A stretch of 64,000 nucleotides of DNA, from contig CAZUVH010000002.1 in NCBI GenBank assembly GCA_964623775.1, positions 1,089-65,088 on the forward strand, read 5' to 3'. Below the pieces are notes generated by a model. It was not told where the DNA came from, did not search any database, and worked only from the letters and a program-made list of their open reading frames with translations. Made by a program: the position numbers and the translations under genes. The stretch is from an uncultured Candidatus Saccharibacteria bacterium. GTDB lineage: Bacteria; Patescibacteriota; Minisyncoccia; Phycocordibacterales; UBA2100. This document shows positions 39,317 to 49,060 of the stretch, piece after piece (the first letter of the stretch is position 1; every line of letters starts with the position of its first letter).

Positions 39317-39826
39317 ATGGAACCTAATCTAGAGTTTGTGCGTCTATCGCCCGATGAATGGGAGAAGGCGAAGGAATTTCGCATACGAGCAGTCACCGAC
39401 CAGCCACGAGCTTTCGGCTCTACACCTGAAGAAGATAACGAAATTCCCGAAGAAGAATGGCGACGCAGACTGACAGAAAAATCATCACTGTACGCACAAG
39501 AAGAGGGTAAGTTGCTCGGCACAGTTGCTGTCGTGCCAGAAAAAGATACAAAATCGAGACATATCGCAAATATATGGAGCGTCTATGTCGTTCCCGAGTC
39601 TCGCGGAAAAGGTATTGCGAGAGAGTTACTTACTCGCGCTATGCGCGCGGCCGTAGAGACGCATCCCGACCTGGTTAAGTTCAGGCTCACGGTGACCGTG
39701 ACACAGCAAGAGGCATTGAAGCTTTATGAAAGTCTCGGATTCGAGCGTGTCGGACTTTTCAAGAAAGAACTTCTGGCAAATGGAGAATTCATTGACGAGA
39801 TCGTCATGGAGAAGTATTTGAGCTAG
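39317..39826 (+). CDS. GNAT N-acetyltransferase
   Basis: VYVVPESRGKGIA and ALKLYESLGF. Confidence 0.9.
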   Translation: MEPNLEFVRLSPDEWEKAKEFRIRAVTDQPRAFGSTPEEDNEIPEEEWRRRLTEKSSLYAQEEGKLLGTVAVVPEKDTKSRHIANIWSVYVVPESRGKGIARELLTRAMRAAVETHPDLVKFRLTVTVTQQEALKLYESLGFERVGLFKKELLANGEFIDEIVMEKYLS

Positions 39827-39834
39827 CGCTTCGT

Positions 39835-40305
39835 ATGAATGTTCTAAAAAGAGTTGGTTATTTCATTTCGCTGATAACGATCTATTTCGCGAACAGTGCA
39901 CGGTCAATTATTTCGCCGGGCAGCATGAGCGGTGCCCGCATAATCTTGTTGCAGGAAGACCGGGTACTTTTGGTCAATCATTATCATGCGCCGTGGGTCT
40001 GGACGCTTCCGGGCGGCGGCATTGAGAAGGATGAATCGCCGGAGGCCGCGGCGATCCGTGAAGTAAAAGAAGAAACGGGGCTGGATCTCCTATCAATGAC
40101 TAAGATCGGCGCCTTTTTAAACACGCGAAAAGGGGAGACCCATGTCTTCTATTCCACCCGCTTTGAAGGGGTCATTTCCCCCACCGTCAAATTTGAAATA
40201 ATGGAGTGCAAATGGTTTCCGCTCGATCAACTTCCTGAAGAATTTTTTGAGATCGATCGCGCGCACGTAGAAAATTATCTCAATCTCACTTCCCCAAAAG
40301 TCTGA
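39835..40305 (+). CDS. NUDIX hydrolase
   Basis: LPGGGIEKDESPEAAAIREVKEETGL Nudix box. Confidence 0.9.
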   Translation: MNVLKRVGYFISLITIYFANSARSIISPGSMSGARIILLQEDRVLLVNHYHAPWVWTLPGGGIEKDESPEAAAIREVKEETGLDLLSMTKIGAFLNTRKGETHVFYSTRFEGVISPTVKFEIMECKWFPLDQLPEEFFEIDRAHVENYLNLTSPKV

Positions 40306-40499
40306 TTTTTTGACCGATCCCCCGATTGGGGTAGGGGAAGTAACCCCTTTTAGCTGGCCTGGAAAAAAATCGATGGAAAATTTCTGATAGTAATTGTATT
40401 GCGAATAAATCTTAATTGAAAAAATAATTTTGCGACACATAGCCCATCCGAGGTAGGGGTGTGGATAACTTGACGGCTTCATGTTGTAATATTAGTCTA

Positions 40500-40527
40500 A
40501 CGTCGCACAATATATCTTTTGCGACGC
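40500..40527. other. Candidate dif (Xer recombination) site
   Basis: ACGTCGCACAA-TATATC-TTTTGCGACGC, an 11-6-11 near-palindrome in a 650-bp gap near where core-gene polarity flips from + to -. Confidence 0.55.
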
Positions 40528-40963
40528 TTATGCCTAGAGAAAAGGCCTGCGCGCGACCCGTCCGCTCCCTGGCCTTCCGCTCACGCGTATCGTATGTCGA
40601 TCTATGACGTGAGTGCATGAGTGCCCCATCGCCTCTTTGTATTTATTGCTGCATCCTGGGCGCTCGGTTTCCCTCGACATTTGATCGGTCACTTTTTTCC
40701 GAGCTCGCCAATGTATCGGCCACACTTGGGCCAACTGGGCTTTCCGAGCCCTTAAAAATGGTCCAAATCGGGGGAGTCGGCCGTACCCAGATACCTATAG
40801 AAGCCCTCAAAATGTCGTTTTGGAGGCCCTTGAGTCCCCCAATTTTGCCCCCTTAAAGGGGAGTCGCGTTTGGAAAATATTTACGTAATTTTTTTCAACC
40901 ATACTTCCCTGCCTCGAGTAAAATTTTTTGTAGAATTTTTTAAAATAAGTTTTCAAAAATATT

Positions 40964-41251
40964 TTACATTTCAAATAGAAACAAAGTCACGAGCGGCACA
41001 AGCGCGGCTACGATCTGGAGCAGAATGATCAAAATGGTCTGTGCCGGATACCTGAAAATCCATTTAAATCCAAAAAAAGCGATTATCGGAGCCTGGGCAA
41101 TCATGAGAAGCTGGAAAATGCGAGCCGCAGTCCCCTCGTCTTCTTGCTGCGCTGTGCCGAAGAGTACCACGTATCCGAGCAGTACCGTGAGCGCAAAAAA
41201 AGACATCATCATCGGCACCCAAGCACTCGGCTTCCTGAGCAACCCAATCAT
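40964..41251 (-). CDS. Small 3-TM membrane protein
   Basis: PSAWVP, DEGTAARIFQLLM and three hydrophobic helices. Confidence 0.7.
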   Translation of the reverse strand: MIGLLRKPSAWVPMMMSFFALTVLLGYVVLFGTAQQEDEGTAARIFQLLMIAQAPIIAFFGFKWIFRYPAQTILIILLQIVAALVPLVTLFLFEM

Positions 41252-41386
41252 CTATAAATAGTACCTCAAAAAAATGTTTGTCTTTCCCAGGTGGTTTTGT
41301 ATAGTCGTATCAGCAACAGTGGAGGAATGGCCCTTGCACGTGTTGCTAGGGCTGCTTTTTTAGGCAGCCAAACGTATAATGCCACC

Positions 41387-42037
41387 ATGCGATACGCCGA
41401 TCGGATCAAGAAAATTCTATCCCCTGCCGAGCGGAAATTTTTTCAAAAGTTGAATACTCCGCAAAAGATACAGAACTATCTGGATACAATTCCGGTCAAT
41501 TTCGAGGAAGTCGGCGAGACGTACATGTCTCCGAGGCGCACGATCGTCGCAAAAAAGGCGCACTGTCTTGAGGCGGCGCTCCTGGCGGCGGCAGCGCTTG
41601 CATATCATGGTCAGCGACCGCTTCTCATGGACCTACAGACCATCCCTGATTCCGACGACCAGGATCACGTCGTGACACTTTTTCAAATACATGGATATTG
41701 GGGCGCGATCAGTAAGACCAATCATGCGGTGCTCCGCTATCGCGATCCGGTCTATCGCTCGGTACGCGAGCTGGCGCTCTCGTATTTCCACGAATATTTC
41801 ATGGATGACGGCCTCAAGTCGCTTCGCAAATATTCAAAACCCTTTGATCTCTCCAAGTACGCGCCGGAAAAATGGATAACGGCAGGGGACGACCTCTTTT
41901 GGCTTATCGAGCCGCTCGACTCCTCTCCCCACTTCCCTCTCGTGCCGAAGAAAAATTTGCGACAGCTTCGCCACGCGACACAGGCAGAGCTCGATGCGAC
42001 GGATTACATCGAATGGAAGCGGCCGGTAAAAAAATAG
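41387..42037 (+). CDS. Transglutaminase-like fold hypothetical protein
   Basis: AHCLEAALLAA, DQDHV and WGAISKTNH (Cys/His putative catalytic residues); start at 41387. Confidence 0.7.
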   Translation: MRYADRIKKILSPAERKFFQKLNTPQKIQNYLDTIPVNFEEVGETYMSPRRTIVAKKAHCLEAALLAAAALAYHGQRPLLMDLQTIPDSDDQDHVVTLFQIHGYWGAISKTNHAVLRYRDPVYRSVRELALSYFHEYFMDDGLKSLRKYSKPFDLSKYAPEKWITAGDDLFWLIEPLDSSPHFPLVPKKNLRQLRHATQAELDATDYIEWKRPVKK

Positions 42038-42060
42038 AACCCCGACATTGTCGGGGTTCT
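42036..42060. terminator. Bidirectional terminator
   Basis: agaaccccgac att gtcggggttct. Confidence 0.75.
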
Positions 42061-42062
42061 GC

Positions 42063-42614
42063 TCATACGGCTCTCGGGTAAATCCTGAGTGCGTCTCGGT
42101 ATGCGAGCTCAAAGACCATGTCCAGAAATCCGCTAACCCCGTTGCATTCTTTCGCGATTGCAGCTGCACCTTTGACGTAATCGGTGCATTTCTGATAATC
42201 CCAATCGAGCGGAGGGTCACGAGTGACCAGGTATGTATTGGATGTCTGGTCGGATTTTTTGATCCGCTTTACTCCGGGGCTCTTGCACCGGATGCGTTCG
42301 GCTTGTTTCAGTTTCCGCTCGAGTAGCGGGAGATTCGCAAATTCGGGCGGATCAGTGAGGCCATCGACCAATTCTGCAACTTCAGGACCGAAGATTTCCT
42401 TGATCTCTTCGAGTGTGGTCTCAGTGTCTTCTACGGAGTCATGGAGCCATGCGGCGGCGACTTCTTCATACGAGCCGCCGGAATGTTCGACGAGTCTCGC
42501 AACTTCTTCGAGGTGCATCCAGATCGGATCTTGCTTCTTGTTGGGCCGTGTATGACCCGCGTGCCGCTCTATGGCAAAGGCGCGGGCCATCTCGACTAAT
42601 AATGTGCCATCCAT
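42063..42614 (-). CDS. HD-domain (p)ppGpp hydrolase-like protein (Mesh1/SAH)
   Basis: HAGHTR, P...HLEEV, AAWLHDSVEDT, LTD and IKKSDQTSN. Confidence 0.85.
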   Translation of the reverse strand: MDGTLLVEMARAFAIERHAGHTRPNKKQDPIWMHLEEVARLVEHSGGSYEEVAAAWLHDSVEDTETTLEEIKEIFGPEVAELVDGLTDPPEFANLPLLERKLKQAERIRCKSPGVKRIKKSDQTSNTYLVTRDPPLDWDYQKCTDYVKGAAAIAKECNGVSGFLDMVFELAYRDALRIYPRAV

Positions 42615-42707
42615 TTTCGTATCCCTTTTGTGTCTGGAGGCACACTACCAGAGCCCAAAAAAATGAAAAGCCTCGGCAGCATGTGTGCCGAGGCTTTGTG
42701 AGTCGCT

Positions 42708-43058
42708 TCAGCGACTCTGGTGGGGTCTGGGACGGATCTCGAGGATACGCTTGTCGGCCTCGAGGGCTACCATGAGAGCGTCGGCCCTATTGATGGCTCG
42801 CCGAGCGTTCTTTATGGTTTTCCCGGTGCGCTCAGCCATCTCCTTTTCGGACCGTCGGCAGAGCTCGATCACCTCCGCTTCGGGGATGCCGTGCGCGACG
42901 ACCTCGTAGTCCTTGTGACCTGCTCTCTTGCACCGTCTCAGCCAGGCCTTGAATTCTTCCGCACTCTCGAACCTGTGCTTCGTGACCAGGCCCCTGTAAT
43001 CAGGGCCAGTATGATTGGTGTAGCGGAGCGCGACATGGTACCCAGCGTCGTTTTTCAT
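42708..43058 (-). CDS. Hypothetical protein (orphan cassette)
   Basis: GAGGA SD; TTGACA-16-(TG)TAAAAT at 43119-43092; terminator at 42667-42696. Confidence 0.7.
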   Translation of the reverse strand: MKNDAGYHVALRYTNHTGPDYRGLVTKHRFESAEEFKAWLRRCKRAGHKDYEVVAHGIPEAEVIELCRRSEKEMAERTGKTIKNARRAINRADALMVALEADKRILEIRPRPHQSR

Positions 43059-43199
43059 GGCCAGTATCCTCTGGTTTGTTGACCAGTTAATATTTTAACA
43101 CGACCGGTAATCCTGTCAAGATTATTTAACACCGTTTTTGACAAAAGGACGTAAATGTCATATTTTGCAGATAGAAAATCTAAACGATTGGAGGTTCAG

Positions 43200-43646
43200 A
43201 TGTCAGCGAAGACGAGGCCCAAAGTCCTTTTAGTAAGGCGCAGTTTTGTGCGCCGAGAGGAGGACGGCCAATTACTGCTCATTAGGCGCTCACCGGACGA
43301 TGTGAGTAATGCGGGTCTCTGGGAAGCCCCCGGCGGGAAGGTCGAGATCGGTCAGGATCTCGTGGAAGCGCTCGAGATCGAAGTGCGCCAAGAGACTGGG
43401 TACCTGATTCAGGTCACACATCCCCTTTGCACTGTCGAATCACGCATGATTCCGTCCGGAAAATATCGCGGACATCTGTATCTCGCACTCTTCAGTGTTT
43501 CGAGGATCGTCGGCGGTACCTTTGCTCTCAGTCACGAGCACTCAGAGCACGCATGGGTCACGTACAAGCAGATGCTCTCTGGGAAACGCGAGCTCACTCA
43601 GGAAGTCTGGAAAGCGGCGATCACGATGGAGAAGTATCTTCAATAG
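43200..43646 (+). CDS. NUDIX hydrolase (MutT-like, cassette)
   Basis: WEAPGGKVE.G......L..EVRQETG; GGAGG SD; TTGACA-17-TATTTT; terminator at 43656-43686. Confidence 0.85.
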   Translation: MSAKTRPKVLLVRRSFVRREEDGQLLLIRRSPDDVSNAGLWEAPGGKVEIGQDLVEALEIEVRQETGYLIQVTHPLCTVESRMIPSGKYRGHLYLALFSVSRIVGGTFALSHEHSEHAWVTYKQMLSGKRELTQEVWKAAITMEKYLQ

Positions 43647-43684
43647 AAACACTCGGACTGTCTCTTCGGAGGCAGTCTTCTTTT

Positions 43685-44965
43685 TTATAAGTAATTGAGC
43701 GGATTCAGGTAGCCGCCGAGTGACTGAGTGACCGGCATCACCACGTTGGCACATGGTGTACTCTTGGATTGCGTAGCCTCGCCGAGCTTGATGATTTGCG
43801 TGTTGGAGGTGACATATACGCCGAAGTGCAGGTGTGGGCCTGTGGCGTAGCCGGTCTCGCCGCTATAGCCGATGATTTGACCGGTGCTGACCGATTGACC
43901 GGGCACAGCCTTTATTTGCGAGAGGTGCGAATACATAGTGGAGAGGCCGTTGGAGTGTTTGATCATCACCCATTTTCCAAAGGAATAGCATCTGCCCACG
44001 TCGGTGTCTCCCGTCCCGATGACCACGCCCGAGAGTGCTGCTTTGAGCGGAGTGCCGATCGGTGCAGCGAGGTCGATACCATTGTGTCCCTTGCCGTTGT
44101 ATGCCCCCGATGCAGCAAACTGCGTATTACCGAAATACTGTGTAATGCGCACGTTGTCGACCGGCCACGAAAGGATTCCCTTGCCGGCTGTCGGGATTTT
44201 CGAAGGATCGATTGCTTGTTGGAATTTTGCATTGAGATCAAGAAGGGCCGCCTCGAATCCCGCCTTTGCCGCCTGCTTTTGGGCGAGGATGTCCTGGAAT
44301 GTCGATTCCTGTGCCCGCGTTTTTTTCAGGAGGTCGGTCTGCGCGACCTTTACGGCACTGAGCGATCCCTGTTGCGCTATGAGATCGTTTTGCTGACGCA
44401 CGAGCTTTGCTTTAGCCTCTTCCGTCTTTTTCTTTGTGTCTTCAAGCGATTGTTTTTCCTGCGCGAGTATCTCGATCTTTTCTCGGACAGCGTCTTGTAG
44501 AGTGCGCAGATCGTTGGTCTCTTGCCAGATAGCCGATACATTTCGTGAAGAGAGTACCTGCAACACGAGCGGAGCCGACTCCATTTCGGCGAGCTTGCGC
44601 AAAGATTCGCCCACGCCCTCCATGCCTTGTCCTATGGAATCTTCCTTGCCTGCGATATTCGTGGAGAGTTGCTGGATCGTAAGCTGAGTCGTCTTGATCT
44701 GATTTTTCGTCTTTGTGATTGAGGCGTTGAGCTTTTTGATCTGCAAATTGAGCCCGTCGATCGTGTTTTGGAGGGTCTTCTTTTGGGTAGAGACGGTATC
44801 AAGTTGCTTTTGATACTGGTCAATCTCAGCATCGAGCGCCTTGAGTTTCTCATTCTGGCTCTTTATCTCAAGCAAGATTTCGTCCGCGGACTGCGCAATA
44901 GAGATGATTGGAAAGAGGGCGACGAGAGCGAAGCAGGCAGCAATAAAAGACGTAGCATTCTTCAT
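43685..44965 (-). CDS. Coiled-coil M23 peptidase (EnvC/murein hydrolase-like)
   Basis: Signal peptide, long coiled coil, HNGIDL, YSHL and TGPHLHF; ATG 44965 overlaps the gltX stop. Confidence 0.9.
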   Translation of the reverse strand: MKNATSFIAACFALVALFPIISIAQSADEILLEIKSQNEKLKALDAEIDQYQKQLDTVSTQKKTLQNTIDGLNLQIKKLNASITKTKNQIKTTQLTIQQLSTNIAGKEDSIGQGMEGVGESLRKLAEMESAPLVLQVLSSRNVSAIWQETNDLRTLQDAVREKIEILAQEKQSLEDTKKKTEEAKAKLVRQQNDLIAQQGSLSAVKVAQTDLLKKTRAQESTFQDILAQKQAAKAGFEAALLDLNAKFQQAIDPSKIPTAGKGILSWPVDNVRITQYFGNTQFAASGAYNGKGHNGIDLAAPIGTPLKAALSGVVIGTGDTDVGRCYSFGKWVMIKHSNGLSTMYSHLSQIKAVPGQSVSTGQIIGYSGETGYATGPHLHFGVYVTSNTQIIKLGEATQSKSTPCANVVMPVTQSLGGYLNPLNYL

Positions 44966-46308
44966 GACATAAGAGCCCCTATAGCTGATTTGACGCGTCT
45001 GAGGGTGGACTCTTTCCCAATAATTGATGCAATTACAAATGGGTCGGGGGATTTTGCACGACCGGAGAGTGAAAAGCGCAAGGGCCAAAGCACCTCTCCA
45101 CGACCTTTTTCTGTGGCGTAGTCCCAGAGGAGTGCCTTTATCTGATCGGGGGATTCAAACTGCGCATCCGACGCCTTTTCAAGGATTTCGGCCACCTGTC
45201 CTAGGTGTAGGGAAGCCACTTCCCTGCCACTCCCCTTCTGAGGGATATCACCTGCGGCCGGTTGTGGATCTTTGAAGAAATAGCCAAAATCTCCTGCTTC
45301 GACGAGGTTCTTTATGTCCTGCCATACATAAATATGTTCCATCACGATGGGCAGCACCTTTTTTCCAACAAGCTCATCCCAGTCATGACCATGCCTCTCA
45401 AGGGCCTCGTGTAGAAGTCCTAATGCGTAACTTGTCTCTCCCGATGCTACAACCTTATTTATGTACTGCTTATTGAACCACTGAAGTTTTTCGATATCAA
45501 AAACTGCGCCGCTTTTGTGCAGATCCTTGAGTTCAAATTCATCAATCATTTCGCCGAGCGATAAGATTTCTTTTCCGGAAGGCGGTGTCCATCCGAGGAC
45601 TGCAATGTAGTTGAGCAGTGCCTCAGAGAGGTATCCTTTCTCGCGATATGAGTGTACCGACACGTCGCCGGTTCTTTTTGAAAGTTTTGATTTGTCCGCA
45701 CCGAGATGCAGTGGGTAATGGGCGTATATGGGACGCGAGTACCCAAGCGCTTCTTGGATAAGAATTTGGCGGGGTGTGTTGGAGATGTGATCTTCGCCAC
45801 GGATGACATGTGTAATTCCCTGGAGAGCATCGTCGACAACGACTGCGAGATGGTACAAAGGATCGTCGATTGCTCGGCCGATTGCGAAGTCTTGAAGCTC
45901 TGTCGTGTCGAATGTGATGTCTCCGCGGATCTCGTCATGAAAGGTGATAACTTTTCCTGGATTCCTGAGCCGAATGACCTCAACCATTTTTCCGGGCTCT
46001 TTCTTACTCTCCTCCTTGGATACGTATGCCTTGTCAGAATTCACCAGGTCAAGCATCGCCTTCTTATGGTTTTCGACAAGCTCTGTTGTGCGATAGAATT
46101 CGTCCCAATCGAGCCCGAGCCATTTGAGTTGTTCTATAATGTCCTCCTCAAACTCTCGCTTACTTCGCTCTTTGTCAGTGTCTTCGCTTCGGAAAATTAT
46201 TTTGCCGCTATTTTTGCGCGCAAACAGGTAATTCAAAATCGCCATTCGGGCAGTGCCGACATGACAATACCCTGTAGGGCTGGGCGGAAAACGTACTTTT
46301 ATATTCAT
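44962..46308 (-). CDS. gltX: Glutamyl-tRNA synthetase
   Basis: RFPPSPTGYCHVG, THVIRGEDH and KLSKR. Confidence 0.96.
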   Translation of the reverse strand: MNIKVRFPPSPTGYCHVGTARMAILNYLFARKNSGKIIFRSEDTDKERSKREFEEDIIEQLKWLGLDWDEFYRTTELVENHKKAMLDLVNSDKAYVSKEESKKEPGKMVEVIRLRNPGKVITFHDEIRGDITFDTTELQDFAIGRAIDDPLYHLAVVVDDALQGITHVIRGEDHISNTPRQILIQEALGYSRPIYAHYPLHLGADKSKLSKRTGDVSVHSYREKGYLSEALLNYIAVLGWTPPSGKEILSLGEMIDEFELKDLHKSGAVFDIEKLQWFNKQYINKVVASGETSYALGLLHEALERHGHDWDELVGKKVLPIVMEHIYVWQDIKNLVEAGDFGYFFKDPQPAAGDIPQKGSGREVASLHLGQVAEILEKASDAQFESPDQIKALLWDYATEKGRGEVLWPLRFSLSGRAKSPDPFVIASIIGKESTLRRVKSAIGALMS

Positions 46309-47447
46309 ATAGGTTCATGCGAGATGGCCACATCGAGAAGTATCTTGGCAATTTTACGTGCGGCATCGGGTCTTGCAAATGTGTGGGCAGCCTCGATCAT
46401 TTTCTTCTTGAGATCTGGGCTGTTCATGATGCGATCGATTTCTGAGATGAGGACATGCGGCGTGAGATTCTGCTGCTCTATCACGATTGCGCCACCCATG
46501 CGTGCATATGAAAAAGCGTTTTCAATCTGATCGTGCGAGACCTCTTCGGGGATCGGAATGAGAATCGCGGGGATGCCCCAGCTTGCGATCTCGAAGATCG
46601 TACCGCTGCCGGCGCGTGCAACGACGAGCGAGGACACGCCTGCCGCCATTCGCAGTGCAAGTGTATTGAGCAGACCGTAGGCTTTGTAGCGATCCTTATA
46701 TTGCGACTCTTTCAGAACGACAGATGCTATCTGACTCGCCTCCAGGACATTTTTTGATCCGCACTGATGGACCACGTTGTAGCGAGTCACGAGATCCTGC
46801 AGCGCGTCGAGCACCGTACCATTGATCGCTTGCGCACCCTGCGATCCGCCGGTAATAAAGACCACGGGAACGGTCGGATCAAGTTTCAAAAATTCATATC
46901 CGCCTTCCGGCGCCGGATGCTCGATCTCTTTGCGGATTGGATGGCCGATACGTGCAATCTTGTCTCTGTATTTGGGCGAGAAATTTTGCGCTGCTTCCGG
47001 ATGTGCGAGGCCAATCCAGCGAGCGAATTTTGATGACCAGAGCGAGACGCGGCCCGGGGTGGCGTCGGCGTCGTATATGACGACGGGGATATTGAGGAGG
47101 CGCGCGGCGTAGAGTGTCGGGAAGGCCGCATAGCCGCCCGTAGAAAATATGACATCCGGATAGAGCGCAAAGAGCTGGAATATGGATTTGATGATACCTG
47201 CCGCTGTCTTAAACAGGTCGAGGAAATTGAGGATACTCGGATAGCGTCGTATGCGACCGGCAGGACTTGGCTTGTACTCGATATCATGCTCTTGGAGGGC
47301 GATGGCATCAAAAGGCGGTGGGCCGATGTAGTAGAGCTCAGGCTCGAGCAGAGCACGCTCTTTGCAGATGTCTTCCATCGCCTCTGCGACGGCAATCAGC
47401 GGGTAGAAATGCCCGCCCGTGCCACCTCCTGTGAGCCCAATACGCAT
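46305..47447 (-). CDS. murG: MurG glycosyltransferase
   Basis: GGGTGGHFYP, GGSQGA and RAGSGT. Confidence 0.95.
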   Translation of the reverse strand: MRIGLTGGGTGGHFYPLIAVAEAMEDICKERALLEPELYYIGPPPFDAIALQEHDIEYKPSPAGRIRRYPSILNFLDLFKTAAGIIKSIFQLFALYPDVIFSTGGYAAFPTLYAARLLNIPVVIYDADATPGRVSLWSSKFARWIGLAHPEAAQNFSPKYRDKIARIGHPIRKEIEHPAPEGGYEFLKLDPTVPVVFITGGSQGAQAINGTVLDALQDLVTRYNVVHQCGSKNVLEASQIASVVLKESQYKDRYKAYGLLNTLALRMAAGVSSLVVARAGSGTIFEIASWGIPAILIPIPEEVSHDQIENAFSYARMGGAIVIEQQNLTPHVLISEIDRIMNSPDLKKKMIEAAHTFARPDAARKIAKILLDVAISHEPI

Positions 47448-47518
47448 CCTGTTATTCTATCAAAAAAATTGAGGCCCACCTTGGTAGATGGGCCTCATGA
47501 CAGTGCCTGTGCGCGTCT

Positions 47519-47791
47519 CTATTTTAGCTTCAGAATACCAGCAAGATTTCCGCAAGGAACCAAGACTGTACTCGGCGTATTGAGTCCACCCGTCTGTAGG
47601 CTCGGAAGTTGAGCAAAGCACAGATCAGTGCGATCGTCCTTCAGGTATACAATATGCGCTGGCTCAAGGATTCTGTACGGGGTTGGCGCCTTGGCCTGAA
47701 CCGATGCCCTCGTTGCGAGCACAACAATCACCGCAACACCTAAAAGGAGGAGCACCACAGCACCCAAAAGATACTTATTCGTTGCAGTCAC
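47519..47791 (-). CDS. Small membrane-anchored hypothetical protein (orphan cassette between ftsW and murG)
   Basis: N-terminal TM; GGAGG SD before GTG; hairpin at 47470-47498. Confidence 0.65.
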   Translation of the reverse strand: MTATNKYLLGAVVLLLLGVAVIVVLATRASVQAKAPTPYRILEPAHIVYLKDDRTDLCFAQLPSLQTGGLNTPSTVLVPCGNLAGILKLK

Positions 47792-47854
47792 TTTTCAACC
47801 TCCAATGTTGGCTTGACTACAGCAACTTATACCTTAAATCGAGGGTCAAGTATA

Positions 47855-48970
47855 CTAACGCTTTACAGCGCGATGGCGCGAGACACTGAGGAGGATTCCG
47901 GCGGCAGCGAGCGAGGCGAGCATGGCTGAGCCACCCTGGCTTATAAAGGTGAGCGGGATACCGGTGAGAGGCGCGACGCCGAGCATCGCTGCGATATTGA
48001 TGAATGCTTCGATCGATAGATAGGTCGCAATACCGACCCCCAAAAGCGCGCCAAATGGATCGGACGATCGTGTGGAGATCGCAAATCCTCGTAGCGCAAA
48101 AGCGAGGAAAAGGAATATGAGTACAACTGATCCGACAAAGCCAAGCTCTTCGGCAGCAACGGCAAAAATCGAATCCCCCATCGGCTCAGGTAGATAGGTG
48201 AATTTTTGCACACCTTGGCCAAAACCTCTCCCTGTCAGTCCACCAGAGCCGATCGCGATCAAGGATTGCCGTATCTGATAACTCTCGGCCTGTTGACCCT
48301 GAGCAGGATTGATAAAGGTCATGACTCGATCGCGCATATACGGCCGTGCCATGGTGAGGACACTGAGGGCTAATAGCCCGAGGCAGATTGCCGTTGCTAT
48401 GTGTTGCCAGCGCGCACCTGCCGCAAAATAGACGGCAAAGAGCGAAATCGTAATGATGCCCAGTGTGCCAATATCTGGCTGCAACACCATGATGATCACT
48501 GGCGCGGCAAGTATTCCCAAGAAGCCGCCAAGCCCGTATTTCCATGTCGAAATGAATGAATGCATCGATGCAAAGTACGCAGCGCCCATCACGATCACGG
48601 CAATCTTGAGAAATTCAGACGGCTGTACCGAGACACCGAAAAGATCGAGCCACCGCTTGCCGCCGCCGTGTTCCATGCCGATTTGTGGCACAAAAACGAG
48701 CGACGTGAAAACGAGTGCAAGCACGTAGAGATACGGCGCGAACCGTCGCCAGTATTTGTAATCGATATACATGGCAATGACGAGTGCGATCACGCCAAGT
48801 CCAATGCCGAGCACAAGATGATTGAAAACAACCGATGAGATCACCGTGGAGCCGCGTGCGACGAGTCCAAATGCGGCAGACGCGAAAATCATCGCTCCAG
48901 CCACAACGAGCGCTCCAATTAGAAAAGCCAGTATTTTGTCGATATGACCGCTGCGCCTGAACACACTCAT
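47855..48970 (-). CDS. ftsW: SEDS family peptidoglycan polymerase FtsW
   Basis: KRWL, QPSEFLK, QPDIG, YLPEP..DSIF and PLTFISQGGS. Confidence 0.92.
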   Translation of the reverse strand: MSVFRRSGHIDKILAFLIGALVVAGAMIFASAAFGLVARGSTVISSVVFNHLVLGIGLGVIALVIAMYIDYKYWRRFAPYLYVLALVFTSLVFVPQIGMEHGGGKRWLDLFGVSVQPSEFLKIAVIVMGAAYFASMHSFISTWKYGLGGFLGILAAPVIIMVLQPDIGTLGIITISLFAVYFAAGARWQHIATAICLGLLALSVLTMARPYMRDRVMTFINPAQGQQAESYQIRQSLIAIGSGGLTGRGFGQGVQKFTYLPEPMGDSIFAVAAEELGFVGSVVLIFLFLAFALRGFAISTRSSDPFGALLGVGIATYLSIEAFINIAAMLGVAPLTGIPLTFISQGGSAMLASLAAAGILLSVSRHRAVKR

Positions 48971-49060
48971 ATTATATACGGCTTATACACCCGCCGTACT
49001 CATGAATATTTCACCCGCCGCAGACTACCCTCATACATATTTTGAGTAAATCAATACCGT

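Noticed and set aside
40381-40470. oriC, suggested by the DnaA box and AT-rich DNA
   Set aside because: Only one clear box, no dnaA or dnaN nearby, and flanking core genes converge rather than diverge.
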